A DNA stretch of 64,000 nucleotides, from IMG/VR virus record IMGVR_UViG_3300028628_000004. One strand, 5' to 3'. The stretch comes from a virus. Taxonomy: Duplodnaviria; Caudoviricetes. Made by a program: the position numbers and the translations under genes. The notes below the pieces were generated by a model that was not told the DNA's origin, did not search any database, and worked only from the letters and a program-made list of their open reading frames with translations. This document shows, in pieces, positions 10,285-20,381 of the stretch. Numbering within the stretch: the stretch's first letter is position 1; every line of letters starts with the position of its first letter.

Positions 10285-13200
10285 TTATTCTTCTCTTTCA
10301 ATTATTACATCACCAAGTTTTGGGAACTCAAATTCAGATAGTTTAATATCTAAGGTGTAGTTCCATTCTCGTGTTCCGTCTATCTTAAGCGTGTCGAATA
10401 GAGGCTGAACAACCTTGACAAGAGACGGATCCTTTGCTATAAGAGACATTATTTTGTTTCTTCTTGCAATGTCAACGTCTACATCAGATTGGCGGAAGTT
10501 TATATCATAATCAGCCGCATTAAATTTATTATCAGGGTCTTTGTTTAACATGATTTCCACAGATTCAACATAATCTATTTGCATAAGGAAGATTATATCA
10601 GATGATCTAATAGTTTCTCCAAGAGTATGATTGTCTGGTGAGAAATAATCTTGGATATTCTTTCTCATTTCTGTTTCTATTTGCTCACCGCTTCCGAATT
10701 TTGACTTTTTGTATCTTATTGATACATCTATAGGTATCCATTTAGCAGCGGTCACTACATGCTCAGCACCTATCATCTTGAAAGTGGAGTTATCTAACTT
10801 TTTTATCATAGCGTCTGAAAGAGACTTTGATATTATGTTACTTCCGTCTTTATTTAACCCCACGACAAATATGTGATTGAACCAGTACTTTGATTGCTCG
10901 CTTTCAGGAATTAGTCCAGCGTCTTTAATTTCCTGATAGGTTAGTACTTTTGAAGTTTGGAGATAGTTACTGAATACTTCTCGAATGTATCTTTCATAAT
11001 CTGCCAACGAGACGTTTCTTTCTTGCGTTACAAAGGTATTTGTAATGTTTTGGCGTATTTCATCAACAGTTTCTATTTCATTTCCACCAAATGCTATCTT
11101 ATTCTGAATGATTGAAATATCACCTGTACGCAACGGCGTTTTTTCAGAATCTATTATCTTGGAAGATGGTGCGTTTCCGCTGAAGTAAAGAGATGACTTT
11201 AGTCCGACTAGGCTTACGAAGTTTTTCTCGAAGTTAATATTGGTATTATCATCACCAATTATGTACTTAGAAAGTACAACATCTTTACTTAAAGCGTTTT
11301 TTGCTATGTTTCCGTCTTTGCCAACCGATACAAGCCCAAATACGAAAATTTCTTTATCAATTACCGTGCTTCCCCATACTTCACCATCACCAAATTCAAT
11401 CATAGTCTTCTTGTCGGGGTTTACCTTCACATAATATACTTCATTACCAGGGGACGGATCGCCATCATATCCCGCCCCTGCCCTATCCCACTCATCCCAT
11501 GTTCCAGCAGTATTTTTGACAAATACCCTAATAGAATTCGTAGAAACAGTATCGTCATTTATAATTAATCTAACGTCATTCTGAAATACTCTTGTTGGAT
11601 CTACGCTCATATTAAGCTTATTGTTGTTATCATCTACAACGGTATTTGCGTTAATATAACTATATGATATTGTTCCCTGCATCAACCCATTTATTTCAAA
11701 TGTTTCGGGAATGTTATTGAAGTAAAGACCCGGTATTTGAAGCTCTGTACTGGTTTGACCACTGAAGTCAATTTCTCCGTGTTTTTGATATGTGTAGTCT
11801 GCGGCATTACTATCGACATACCAATCAATATCAATTGTCTGATCTGTATTTGGTTCTGCCTTTATTGTAAATCCACTACTTGATTTGTTTGAGTAGAATA
11901 CCCTAACGTTCTTATTTGGTACGAGTTGAATAGCATAGTTATTATCGTTAATTGGGACATTTAAATTTACAGGAACTCCGCTTTGTGCCTGGGCAGGAGA
12001 AAGAGTTATTTTTCCTGTTTGTCTATAAGCAGATGCTAATTCCACTGGAACCGAATCTGCGCCATAGTAGTTGAATATACTCCAACTTACCTTTCCAAAA
12101 AAGTCCTTTTCGGTGGCTATGGTAAATCCGTTTTCCGTAATGTTTTCGTACCAAACTTCCACATTATCATTTGGCGTCAATTGAATCATGTAGTTAGAAA
12201 CATCACCATCAACCGATACACCAAGCGGAACTGGGGTGTTAAATGAAACATCAACGCTAGTAGTTTTTAATCTTGATATCTTAGTCGCTGTCCAGCTAAT
12301 GTAACCCTCGAATTGTGTATTTGGCTCAACATATAAGTCAAACGAACGCTCGCTTTTATTCGAGTGCCATGTTCTTACATTTCCCTCTGGCGTAATATTT
12401 ATTGCATAATCGGTTGGAGATTCGCCGGGCTGTAAAACAAATGGCTTATCAAAAATAATACGCTGAAAGCGTGTGTCTCTTTCAAAATATACCCTGCTGC
12501 CCTTTTGTTCTGTTGTTAGTGCGCTATCATTTGCAACAAATTTAAGATCCCCAAACTTGTTGCCGGATGTAGTTTCAAGTGTTTTTGTTCCGGTTGCTCC
12601 GTCCGTATATTTTGTGTTTATTTTAGCTATAGTTACCTGATTACTTATTGGCTCCTGTGAAGTAACTATGAGTTGGGCGTTATAATTTGTTTCTGGGGAG
12701 TTTTCGTCACCTATTGCCAAATTTACATTATATTCTGATATACCAGAGTCCCAATAATTTGATGGTATTTTCTGAGATTGTATTGTTCCACTATTAAAAG
12801 TTAATATTTTTCCATTAACAAGAACCCCAAGAGGCGGCGAGCTTCCGTCTTTATTAATAACTAGCTTTATTCTTTCGACAGAATTTGTCGTTCCGCCAAG
12901 TGTATCATATTCCAATCTGCATGATTCAAGATTTTGAATTCCAGTTACTCCCACCATAAATCTTTGGTACGAATTCATGTCCACAACTTCTAATCTGTAA
13001 AATGTATTAGTATTATCGGTTGGAACTAATCTAAAAGTACATATAACATCGTCAAGCTTATCATTAATAACATTGTCCGACTCAGCGACAGTCATATATG
13101 GCGTCGATGTTGAAATGTCAAAGTTAAATATAAGAGAATAGATGATGTTTGGTAGGAGAGGATTGGCATATTCAAGGGTATTGACAGTTCTTACGAATGG

Positions 13201-13905
13201 CTGCCCTATGCTCTGATTGTCTGCTGGATTTGACTTGGGGTAATTTTCAACGTCAAATGGTCTATAATTATCACTTGAAGTTTTTACTATTATTGATAGT
13301 GGTTTAAGTAGAGATAGAGGCAAAGAAATTTTGGTTGGGTCAATGCCAATGACACTTCCACCAATATCGAAAAAGCTTGCCCTTGCTGTTGTTGGCATGG
13401 AATATCCGGCATATCTAAGATCGCTATCTTCTAGCTGTCTTATACCATAGCCCTTGGTTATGTATACAACTGGCTTTGGGTTGGTAAATGAAAACGATTT
13501 TCCATCTTTTGTTGGTGTATCAGAGGGGAAAATAGAATATGCTGGTATTTCAATATACTTTCCTATTTTTCCAAAAACATATTCTGGATTTAAAGACCCT
13601 ACCACATCTACTTCGGCAGACAGTCTTCCACGAGCGTTATATCTCAATGTGTTGCCGATTTTATTTAAGCTCTTATAAAGTTTAGCAGTTGGCTGAAAAA
13701 TTTCATTTGCGGCGGCGTGGTTGTAGTAGCTATTTTGCGATCCTATGGCAGCTATTTGTTCCAATAAAACACTGATGTTGGATCCTTCTATGTTGAAGTC
13801 CTTGTAGGTGCTTGTCTCTCGCAAGTTATTAGATATCTCATTTATAATTTCTTGGAAATCGAAATTAGTATATGATATAGTCTTCTTTTCTTTGGATTTA
13901 TCCAT
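10285..13905 (-). CDS. Baseplate wedge subunit, T4 gp6-like
   Basis: N-terminal DFQEI...YKDFNIEGS; FGDG; ETVDEIR...QERNVSLADY. Confidence 0.9.
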   Translation of the reverse strand: MDKSKEKKTISYTNFDFQEIINEISNNLRETSTYKDFNIEGSNISVLLEQIAAIGSQNSYYNHAAANEIFQPTAKLYKSLNKIGNTLRYNARGRLSAEVDVVGSLNPEYVFGKIGKYIEIPAYSIFPSDTPTKDGKSFSFTNPKPVVYITKGYGIRQLEDSDLRYAGYSMPTTARASFFDIGGSVIGIDPTKISLPLSLLKPLSIIVKTSSDNYRPFDVENYPKSNPADNQSIGQPFVRTVNTLEYANPLLPNIIYSLIFNFDISTSTPYMTVAESDNVINDKLDDVICTFRLVPTDNTNTFYRLEVVDMNSYQRFMVGVTGIQNLESCRLEYDTLGGTTNSVERIKLVINKDGSSPPLGVLVNGKILTFNSGTIQSQKIPSNYWDSGISEYNVNLAIGDENSPETNYNAQLIVTSQEPISNQVTIAKINTKYTDGATGTKTLETTSGNKFGDLKFVANDSALTTEQKGSRVYFERDTRFQRIIFDKPFVLQPGESPTDYAINITPEGNVRTWHSNKSERSFDLYVEPNTQFEGYISWTATKISRLKTTSVDVSFNTPVPLGVSVDGDVSNYMIQLTPNDNVEVWYENITENGFTIATEKDFFGKVSWSIFNYYGADSVPVELASAYRQTGKITLSPAQAQSGVPVNLNVPINDNNYAIQLVPNKNVRVFYSNKSSSGFTIKAEPNTDQTIDIDWYVDSNAADYTYQKHGEIDFSGQTSTELQIPGLYFNNIPETFEINGLMQGTISYSYINANTVVDDNNNKLNMSVDPTRVFQNDVRLIINDDTVSTNSIRVFVKNTAGTWDEWDRAGAGYDGDPSPGNEVYYVKVNPDKKTMIEFGDGEVWGSTVIDKEIFVFGLVSVGKDGNIAKNALSKDVVLSKYIIGDDNTNINFEKNFVSLVGLKSSLYFSGNAPSSKIIDSEKTPLRTGDISIIQNKIAFGGNEIETVDEIRQNITNTFVTQERNVSLADYERYIREVFSNYLQTSKVLTYQEIKDAGLIPESEQSKYWFNHIFVVGLNKDGSNIISKSLSDAMIKKLDNSTFKMIGAEHVVTAAKWIPIDVSIRYKKSKFGSGEQIETEMRKNIQDYFSPDNHTLGETIRSSDIIFLMQIDYVESVEIMLNKDPDNKFNAADYDINFRQSDVDVDIARRNKIMSLIAKDPSLVKVVQPLFDTLKIDGTREWNYTLDIKLSEFEFPKLGDVIIEREE

Positions 13906-13912
13906 TTGTCAC

Positions 13913-14311
13913 CTATATTTTCTGCAATGTGAAAGTAATCGAATCTCGTTCTTGTAGGTTTAATATTGTATATGTTATGTCTATTTGATAAACTTGAGTA
14001 TCTAAAAACATGTTGACATTTACATTATTAATACTTATTCTCGGTTCCCATCTTGATAGCGAATTACTAATATCGTTTCCTATAGAATTTCCAGTTTCTT
14101 CATCAAATGGCTCAAATAAGTAGCTCTCTATCATACAACCAAAGCTTGGGTTAAGATGACGGGATCCGCGTCTTGTATGTAAGATATTAAACATCGACTG
14201 TCTAATCGAATCCTTAAAATTCGTCACAGGTATGTCACCAGTGGCATCTAACTTCATATTAAATGGTAAATCGGAATATACACCGACTTTATCCTGCGTT
14301 CTTTTTGCCAT
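13913..14311 (-). CDS. Baseplate wedge subunit gp25 (GPW/gp25 family)
   Basis: SIRQSMFNILHTRRGSR..P.FG; RWEPRI. Confidence 0.92.
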   Translation of the reverse strand: MAKRTQDKVGVYSDLPFNMKLDATGDIPVTNFKDSIRQSMFNILHTRRGSRHLNPSFGCMIESYLFEPFDEETGNSIGNDISNSLSRWEPRISINNVNVNMFLDTQVYQIDITYTILNLQERDSITFTLQKI

Positions 14312-14346
14312 TTATTCCTCATTAGTATATTTATACAAATTATATA

Positions 14347-15981
14347 TTATACTTCTCTACCAAGGAATGTATCATTTTTAATAGTTGGTTGCTGCGGTGG
14401 AGGTCGCGATACAGAATTTCCTTGTTTGTCTTCGTAGGCTGGCGGGTTTGGCGGTTCTAGCGTTGTTTCTGTTCCTGCTACAAATTTGACCGGATCCGGA
14501 GGTATAGGCGGCTTAGGAGGTATTGGTGTTCCTGGGTATGGCATTGCAAATCCGGCTATTGGTCCAGGGAAAGCTCCTGGGTGGCGGGCATTTATCGTAT
14601 GTGAGCTACACATCTTGTCACCACCAAATCCAGCTTGATCTATTCTGAATGTGGATCCTGCGTTGACATGGAATCCACTTGGGGTACATGTGACGCTGTA
14701 TTGGGTACACTTGAAAGAAGTGTCGGATGATGAAGATATGTTTAGGGATGCGCCGGATTCGAAGTTTATATCACCAGCAGCTTTAAAGCTTATATTAGAA
14801 GAAGATTCTACGGAAAGATCCGAATTACATTTTATAGAGGTCTTTCCCACTGATTCAACTGTCAATTTACCCTCGACCTTTGCAGTTAAATCCTTTTCGA
14901 CATGAACTTGGGCATTTCCTTTGACGTTTAAATTTGTATTGCCCCCTGTATCTATATTGACATCCCCCGTTTCTACAACAATGTTAACATTGCCGTTTCT
15001 GGAAACAATTCCTATGTTTTTATTGGCATTTAACTGATAGTCGCCCTCTACTTGAATAGATTTACTTTTGTTTACAAATATTTCAAAATCGCCGCCTATA
15101 TGTAATTCATAATTATTGGCTACTAGGTTTTCTAAGTCATTTGCCTTTCCGGCATTGTTACTATCCTTGAATCCATTATTCCCCACCATTATCTTACGTT
15201 GACCGTTATGTTCTATATATTCAATAGTTCCCTTGTGAATTATGTAATGTTTCTCTAGGTTGTCTTTATTCACGATAATATGCGTAACACCACCGGGAGA
15301 TGTATAGCTTGTTATATGATAATTTTCAATATCGTCAATATTGAAAATTTCTATTTTTGGTTTTTCGTTGATTGTCTTTATCTTAGCGTTTTGAGTTGTG
15401 GTGAACTTTCCTTTATGTTCTTCTTTATCAATAAGTGGGTCAATGTTGTCTTGCCAAAACTTAACATTGTCCTTTTTGATTTTTATTTCATTTACGAGCT
15501 TATTTTTCTGTTTCACCCAGTCATCTTTTTTTGGTGCTAAAGACCAGTATTGTGGTCTGGTATGATCATTATTTTCAAAGAATACCCATACTTGTGATCC
15601 CTTACGGGGAGTAGTGTATATTCCACCAGTTCCGTCGCTTTCTTGTATAGGATCTACGAAAGATATAGTTAGATCGTCAGATGTTCGCTGCGGTGGGATA
15701 AAGTTGCTGCCACCACCCGGTTTATATCTATCAGAATCTTTGCCTGTTTTATTGTCAAGGTTCTTACCACCAGAATAATACATCGCTAAGCATGGTTCTG
15801 CCCACGGCAAATGATCGACCGGAGTCTCGTTAACATCAAGAGAGTGAATTCCAGATATTCTTACGCGAACTCTACCAAGCTGAAGAGGATCTTCGTTATC
15901 TTCTACTATGGCTCTGTAGTTGCCAGGAAAGTCGTAGTCTTCTTTCCCGAATGAATTTGCATCTATTTCGCTTGGCGTCAT
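14347..15981 (-). CDS. Baseplate hub/spike protein, gp5/VgrG-like (OB fold plus beta-helix)
   Basis: VEDNEDPLQLGRVRVRI..LPWA; P..GSQVWVFFEN.D..RP; C-terminal beta-helix repeats. Confidence 0.88.
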   Translation of the reverse strand: MTPSEIDANSFGKEDYDFPGNYRAIVEDNEDPLQLGRVRVRISGIHSLDVNETPVDHLPWAEPCLAMYYSGGKNLDNKTGKDSDRYKPGGGSNFIPPQRTSDDLTISFVDPIQESDGTGGIYTTPRKGSQVWVFFENNDHTRPQYWSLAPKKDDWVKQKNKLVNEIKIKKDNVKFWQDNIDPLIDKEEHKGKFTTTQNAKIKTINEKPKIEIFNIDDIENYHITSYTSPGGVTHIIVNKDNLEKHYIIHKGTIEYIEHNGQRKIMVGNNGFKDSNNAGKANDLENLVANNYELHIGGDFEIFVNKSKSIQVEGDYQLNANKNIGIVSRNGNVNIVVETGDVNIDTGGNTNLNVKGNAQVHVEKDLTAKVEGKLTVESVGKTSIKCNSDLSVESSSNISFKAAGDINFESGASLNISSSSDTSFKCTQYSVTCTPSGFHVNAGSTFRIDQAGFGGDKMCSSHTINARHPGAFPGPIAGFAMPYPGTPIPPKPPIPPDPVKFVAGTETTLEPPNPPAYEDKQGNSVSRPPPQQPTIKNDTFLGREV

Positions 15982-15991
15982 TTATTCCCCA

Positions 15992-16402
15992 TTAGTAAAA
16001 ATATACCTTCCATTTTCTTCTTGACTCAGTAACAGTGAATCCATGGAATATCCACTGTTCTTCTCTTGCTCGTCGGATAAGGTTGCGGTAAGCCTCTTTT
16101 GTCGAGGGTATTATTACAACTTCTCCAAACATCTCTCTTTTATTTATATTTAACAGAGATGTCGGATCATCTCCAACGATGAACATTATATCCTGCCAGC
16201 TACTTTGGAGTATATAGAATTCTTTGCTGTCTCTACTATCCCACATATACTTCAGTATGGTATTTTTACAACTACATTTATTATCTGCAATATATGAATC
16301 AACATAACTACTAAGCTGTGGAAAGTGGGCTATTATATCTTGTCTGAACGCTATATTTTCACGAATATAAACTAGTATTTCTGGATTAATTGTCTGTCCC
16401 AT
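15992..16402 (-). CDS. Hypothetical protein
   Basis: ORF track; TGnTATAAT immediately upstream. Confidence 0.7.
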   Translation of the reverse strand: MGQTINPEILVYIRENIAFRQDIIAHFPQLSSYVDSYIADNKCSCKNTILKYMWDSRDSKEFYILQSSWQDIMFIVGDDPTSLLNINKREMFGEVVIIPSTKEAYRNLIRRAREEQWIFHGFTVTESRRKWKVYFY

Positions 16403-16421
16403 CACTATATTATAACAATAA

Positions 16422-16453
16422 ATAAAAACCCACCCAAGTTAAACCTGGGTGGG
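16422..16453 (-). terminator. Intrinsic terminator
   Basis: CCCACCCAGG-TTTAA-CTTGGGTGGG followed by TTTTT. Confidence 0.75.
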
Positions 16454-16480
16454 AACTGTAATTTTAGTTTTTATTTTTAC

Positions 16481-16756
16481 TTATTCAGCGCCGACTACAG
16501 TCTGTATAGTCGCAGATGCCACATTTGGCAATGTGACCTTAACGCAACGGACAACTTCTCCGCCATAACGAAGACGAGCCTTCTGAGCGCGGTCATAAGA
16601 CTGCATTCTGATAGCCTGATTGCGGAATCCCTTTGCCCAGCGATACTTGGGCTGGTTGGCATTGACGCTGCTGCGCCTGCGGGCGAGATAAGCTCCACCG
16701 CTGGTGCGGTCACGCACAATGTAATATTCGCTGACGATAACTTTAGTGTTAGACAT
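16481..16756 (-). CDS. Small basic hypothetical protein
   Basis: AGGAG RBS before MSNTKV; followed by a terminator. Confidence 0.75.
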   Translation of the reverse strand: MSNTKVIVSEYYIVRDRTSGGAYLARRRSSVNANQPKYRWAKGFRNQAIRMQSYDRAQKARLRYGGEVVRCVKVTLPNVASATIQTVVGAE

Positions 16757-16840
16757 ATTTTTCTCCTGTGTTTTTATAATACCGAATGAACCTTTCATTC
16801 ATAACAATATCATACAATATTAATCGTATTAATCAATACC

Positions 16841-17662
16841 CTATTTTCCATCACAGTGACCGGATTTATAGTACTTGCACCAATTGCATAGTCTTTGTGG
16901 TTTTTTGACCCATTTATTCGAATCTTCAAGCTGTATGCCGTTTGTTTTTAATGTTTCTATAGCCCTTTTGACTCTATTTTCGGCGCGTATAATGTCAAAT
17001 TCTTCTAGGTTATAGTATTCCAAAACTTCATCTACGCTCGTTTGGTCTTCGAGACATAAATTAACAATCTCCCCCGTTGCTTCTACAATCTTTTTATCTT
17101 TGGTTGTCTTATTAATAACATAAAGATAAAATCCAAGCTGCTTGCTGTGATCTTTCTTCTTTTTTCCTGTTTTAAAATCTGTTATGAATAGTTTGTTGTT
17201 TATCTCATATATACCATCAACTTTTCCCTGAACATGAATATTCTTTCCATCTACGTTGTCAATATCATATAGATCAAACTGCTCTTCGTGTTTTATTCCC
17301 TTGCACTGTGGGTATCTTTTTGTCAAGTAAAAGTTAGTGTTGTATGCTGCCTTTGCAATCTTAGCTCTATATTCGGGATTTAACTTATTCCAGTATTTTT
17401 CCTTAAGATTTTCATCTTCTTTGAATAATTTTAATAATCCCTTTATTTCCTCGCCAGCACCGCCTTTATAGTTTTCGATTATTATGTGTAACATGCGCCC
17501 AAAAACCAATGCTGTTTGGTCATCTGGTACTTTTATCTTTGCTATATATTGAAGATAGTATTGATAGTGGCATTTTTCCATCGTATCAATAGATGAAGTA
17601 GAAAGAGTTATTCCTTCTTTTTGCTTCTTTCCGAATTTCTCTATTATTTGGTATTTTGACAT
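16841..17662 (-). CDS. PD-(D/E)XK exonuclease, Cas4/AddB-like
   Basis: S.SSI...KC..QY; GKVD...ITDFKTG; QL..Y; C-terminal CNWC....HC. Confidence 0.85.
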   Translation of the reverse strand: MSKYQIIEKFGKKQKEGITLSTSSIDTMEKCHYQYYLQYIAKIKVPDDQTALVFGRMLHIIIENYKGGAGEEIKGLLKLFKEDENLKEKYWNKLNPEYRAKIAKAAYNTNFYLTKRYPQCKGIKHEEQFDLYDIDNVDGKNIHVQGKVDGIYEINNKLFITDFKTGKKKKDHSKQLGFYLYVINKTTKDKKIVEATGEIVNLCLEDQTSVDEVLEYYNLEEFDIIRAENRVKRAIETLKTNGIQLEDSNKWVKKPQRLCNWCKYYKSGHCDGK

Positions 17663-17663
17663 T

Positions 17664-17924
17664 TTAAAATACTACATATACAGCTATTTTTTTGGGAGAA
17701 AGAGAGGACACGATATCGGAAAAAGCTTCTAACTGGCTCCATTCTATGATGATGGTGTCGTGTGAGAATGAAGATTCTTCGAAATCTGAATATTGGTCTG
17801 ATTCACATTCTACAAGATCCATTTCAACTATCTTTCCAAGAACTCTTGCAATATTATCTTCATCTCTATCAACACTGTGAACCCCAACAACAAAATCTTC
17901 ATCTTCATTGCAATAATATATCAT
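17664..17924 (-). CDS. Acidic hypothetical protein
   Basis: ORF track; tightly packed with neighbours. Confidence 0.7.
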   Translation of the reverse strand: MIYYCNEDEDFVVGVHSVDRDEDNIARVLGKIVEMDLVECESDQYSDFEESSFSHDTIIIEWSQLEAFSDIVSSLSPKKIAVYVVF

Positions 17925-18256
17925 TCATTATCTCCGTTTAGTGAATTTTGTATTTCTTTATTTTTCGGTCTTAGGCAGTCTCTACTGATAATCTCCACGA
18001 TGAAATCAACAGTTGAACTCATGATTGATTTCGTATAAATCAATTCTTCGTAATCAGTATAGTCCTTTTTAACCATTAATGGCTCGTAGGATACAACCAT
18101 GGTCTTCATATCTGGATAGTATTCTAAGACGCAATCTATCTGATCAAGTATTGCTAATTTTGGATGTAAGTAATGACGTGCCCCAGCTTTAAATATTCTA
18201 GGAACATTAGATGGGGGAATCCCATAATGATTTCTGGCGCGAAATGGTTTTGACAT
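17921..18256 (-). CDS. Hypothetical protein
   Basis: ORF track; start re-chosen at MSKPFRA. Confidence 0.65.
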   Translation of the reverse strand: MSKPFRARNHYGIPPSNVPRIFKAGARHYLHPKLAILDQIDCVLEYYPDMKTMVVSYEPLMVKKDYTDYEELIYTKSIMSSTVDFIVEIISRDCLRPKNKEIQNSLNGDNE

Positions 18257-18280
18257 AATGTTATTATATCGACATTTATA

Positions 18281-18316
18281 AAAAAACAAAGGCTACTTTG
18301 TAGTAGCCTTTGTTTT
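18281..18316. terminator. Bidirectional intrinsic terminator
   Basis: AAAACAAAGGCTAC...GTAGCCTTTGTTTT inverted repeat. Confidence 0.7.
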
Positions 18317-18954
18317 CACCAGAGGGATATTCCGTTTTCTTCGAGACACTTTATCCAGACATTCTTTTCTCTGGACTTAAATCCCTTCAAAGCTGCCATG
18401 ATCTTTTCCTCTTCGGTGAGGGCGCGAGGCTTGTTGGCAAGCTTGAATCCAAACTTCTCTTCGAATTCACGGAGAGAAAGGTTGTCCTTCGCGCTGTTGC
18501 AACGACGGCAGGCAGCAACAACGTTTTCTATAACGTCATTTCCACCCTTGCTTCGTGGTATAACATGGTCACGAGTTCCGGATCGCATTCCAATCTTGGC
18601 ACCACAGTATTGACAGGTGAAATTGTCCCTTATCAAGACATTTCGAAGCGAAGGAGCGTTTAGGCGGTTAGCCGAGTTCTTCTTCGTCTTTGTCCAGTAG
18701 GTTAGGCGCATGACGGCAGGAATACGATGTGTCCCACTGAACGAGCGGACATTTTCCGACTCGTCAAACCATGCCAGTACTTCCATCTTTGGAAGTCTCT
18801 TCATTTCCTTGGCATACTGTGGGAGAGAAGCATCGTTTGCAATGCTTTCGGGAATGTAGGTCTTGTTCAAAAGATTTAGAGCCTTGCGCCACTTGCGGAC
18901 GCAAAGAAACTCGTTTGATGCGTTAAGTATAAGGCAGCTTGGTATGTGTGCCAT
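18316..18954 (-). CDS. HNH endonuclease (McrA/HNH_5 type)
   Basis: LILNAS; RDNFTCQYCG...DHVIPRSKGG..ENVVAACRRCN..K. Confidence 0.9.
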   Translation of the reverse strand: MAHIPSCLILNASNEFLCVRKWRKALNLLNKTYIPESIANDASLPQYAKEMKRLPKMEVLAWFDESENVRSFSGTHRIPAVMRLTYWTKTKKNSANRLNAPSLRNVLIRDNFTCQYCGAKIGMRSGTRDHVIPRSKGGNDVIENVVAACRRCNSAKDNLSLREFEEKFGFKLANKPRALTEEEKIMAALKGFKSREKNVWIKCLEENGISLW

Positions 18955-19044
18955 GACTATATTCCTCTTCTGTATTTTTCAACTATACAGTTTATTTATA
19001 TTAAATCAAGAGTTATTTTTCCGTTAAAAACAGTGTATCACACA

Positions 19045-19551
19045 CTATCTTTTAAAGGATATTTTATGGGCTTTGTGAGCATTGGCATACTCAAGTCTCT
19101 CTTTTTCATCGTAAGAAAGCTGCACTTTTTTTATGTTCTCTGTTTTCTTATTAAATATATCAATATTAGGATGTGTATAGTTTTCAAAGTCCCACTTAAA
19201 AGTAAAATTTATATTTTCTGGTTCCAAAATATTTGACATTATCTTGGACCATGTATCAGATGTTAGATCTTGAATTACTCTCACGAATATTGCCGTTGGA
19301 CTCTTCCAGTCTCTTGGGAGTTTTTCGGCAAACCCTCTTACTGAATCAGTGCCATATTTTCCAGTATGGTCAAATATGATAACTGGAGTATATTTCGATA
19401 ATTTTGCCTTCACATCATCGACCGAATTACACCATAAAGTTTTTGCGTAAAATGTCTTATCAAGATAAGGAATCGACAAAACTGGAATAGAGATGAATTT
19501 AATCCCAGCATCGGCAAGTTCTTTTTTCCCAAATGCCCGAATATCAACCAT
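19045..19551 (-). CDS. Hypothetical protein
   Basis: ORF track. Confidence 0.7.
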   Translation of the reverse strand: MVDIRAFGKKELADAGIKFISIPVLSIPYLDKTFYAKTLWCNSVDDVKAKLSKYTPVIIFDHTGKYGTDSVRGFAEKLPRDWKSPTAIFVRVIQDLTSDTWSKIMSNILEPENINFTFKWDFENYTHPNIDIFNKKTENIKKVQLSYDEKERLEYANAHKAHKISFKR

Positions 19552-19832
19552 TATCCACCCCTAGCAACTGGACCAAGATTAGCAGTTATTTTAGGATGTA
19601 CTTCGACAAATGATTCTACTACGCACCACTGCCCCATAGTCATTTTTAAAGATGCACCAACTGCATTAGTAGTTTCTGTTATAGTTACGACGTCTTTTCC
19701 ATATCCAGTGATTTTTCCATCTGGAATGTTAAGTTGCTTAATAACATCCGATAAGTTCCAACCAGATATTTTTTCTTTAATCTCTGGTTTAAGATCCTCA
19801 CGCACATAGATGACAAAATTAGTTTTTGACAT
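19551..19832 (-). CDS. Hypothetical protein
   Basis: GAGG RBS before MSKTNF. Confidence 0.7.
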   Translation of the reverse strand: MSKTNFVIYVREDLKPEIKEKISGWNLSDVIKQLNIPDGKITGYGKDVVTITETTNAVGASLKMTMGQWCVVESFVEVHPKITANLGPVARGG

Positions 19833-19874
19833 ATTAATACCTCGTTGTTGAATATTATAACATAACAAATTATA

Positions 19875-20225
19875 TTATTTTATATCTTCCTTATATTTAA
19901 TCTTCTCTTCAATCCATATATCTATTGTCTTAATAGAATCTGAATATACATTTTCATTTACTTTAATTGTATGTTGTTTGTAATTCTTTTCGTGTGTTAT
20001 TTTATTATATAATATATGTAAACATGTTATATAAAATTTTCCATAGTGGCTAAAATAATAATTATCGTTCATTTCTTTGAATTTTGGCGATTTCCAAACT
20101 ATATTCTTGGCAGTTCTATACCAATTTTTATAGGCATATTTGCATTTTCTTTTTATTATAGAAAACTTCTTTAGTTCTTCTTTAATAAAGATTATTTTTT
20201 GTTTTCTTAAAGTATTGGAATCCAT
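19875..20225 (-). CDS. Basic hypothetical protein, probable paralog of 31927..32313
   Basis: F..E.K and TC.HI.Y pattern shared with that ORF. Confidence 0.6.
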   Translation of the reverse strand: MDSNTLRKQKIIFIKEELKKFSIIKRKCKYAYKNWYRTAKNIVWKSPKFKEMNDNYYFSHYGKFYITCLHILYNKITHEKNYKQHTIKVNENVYSDSIKTIDIWIEEKIKYKEDIK

Positions 20226-20381
20226 TTATATATTATGTATGTTTTTTATTATTTGTCAATCATTTATTAAAAAGTGTATGATACACTATGAAGAAACTAT
20301 TTGTTTATAGCTTGCGAGCTTTTATATTGCATTTGGAAATCGTGACAAAATTAGGAGTGGATATACACTCCATGATGTTAC

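Noticed and set aside
16841-17662. CRISPR-Cas system suggested by the Cas4-like gene
   Set aside because: No repeat-spacer array or other cas genes seen; solo Cas4-like nucleases are common in phages.
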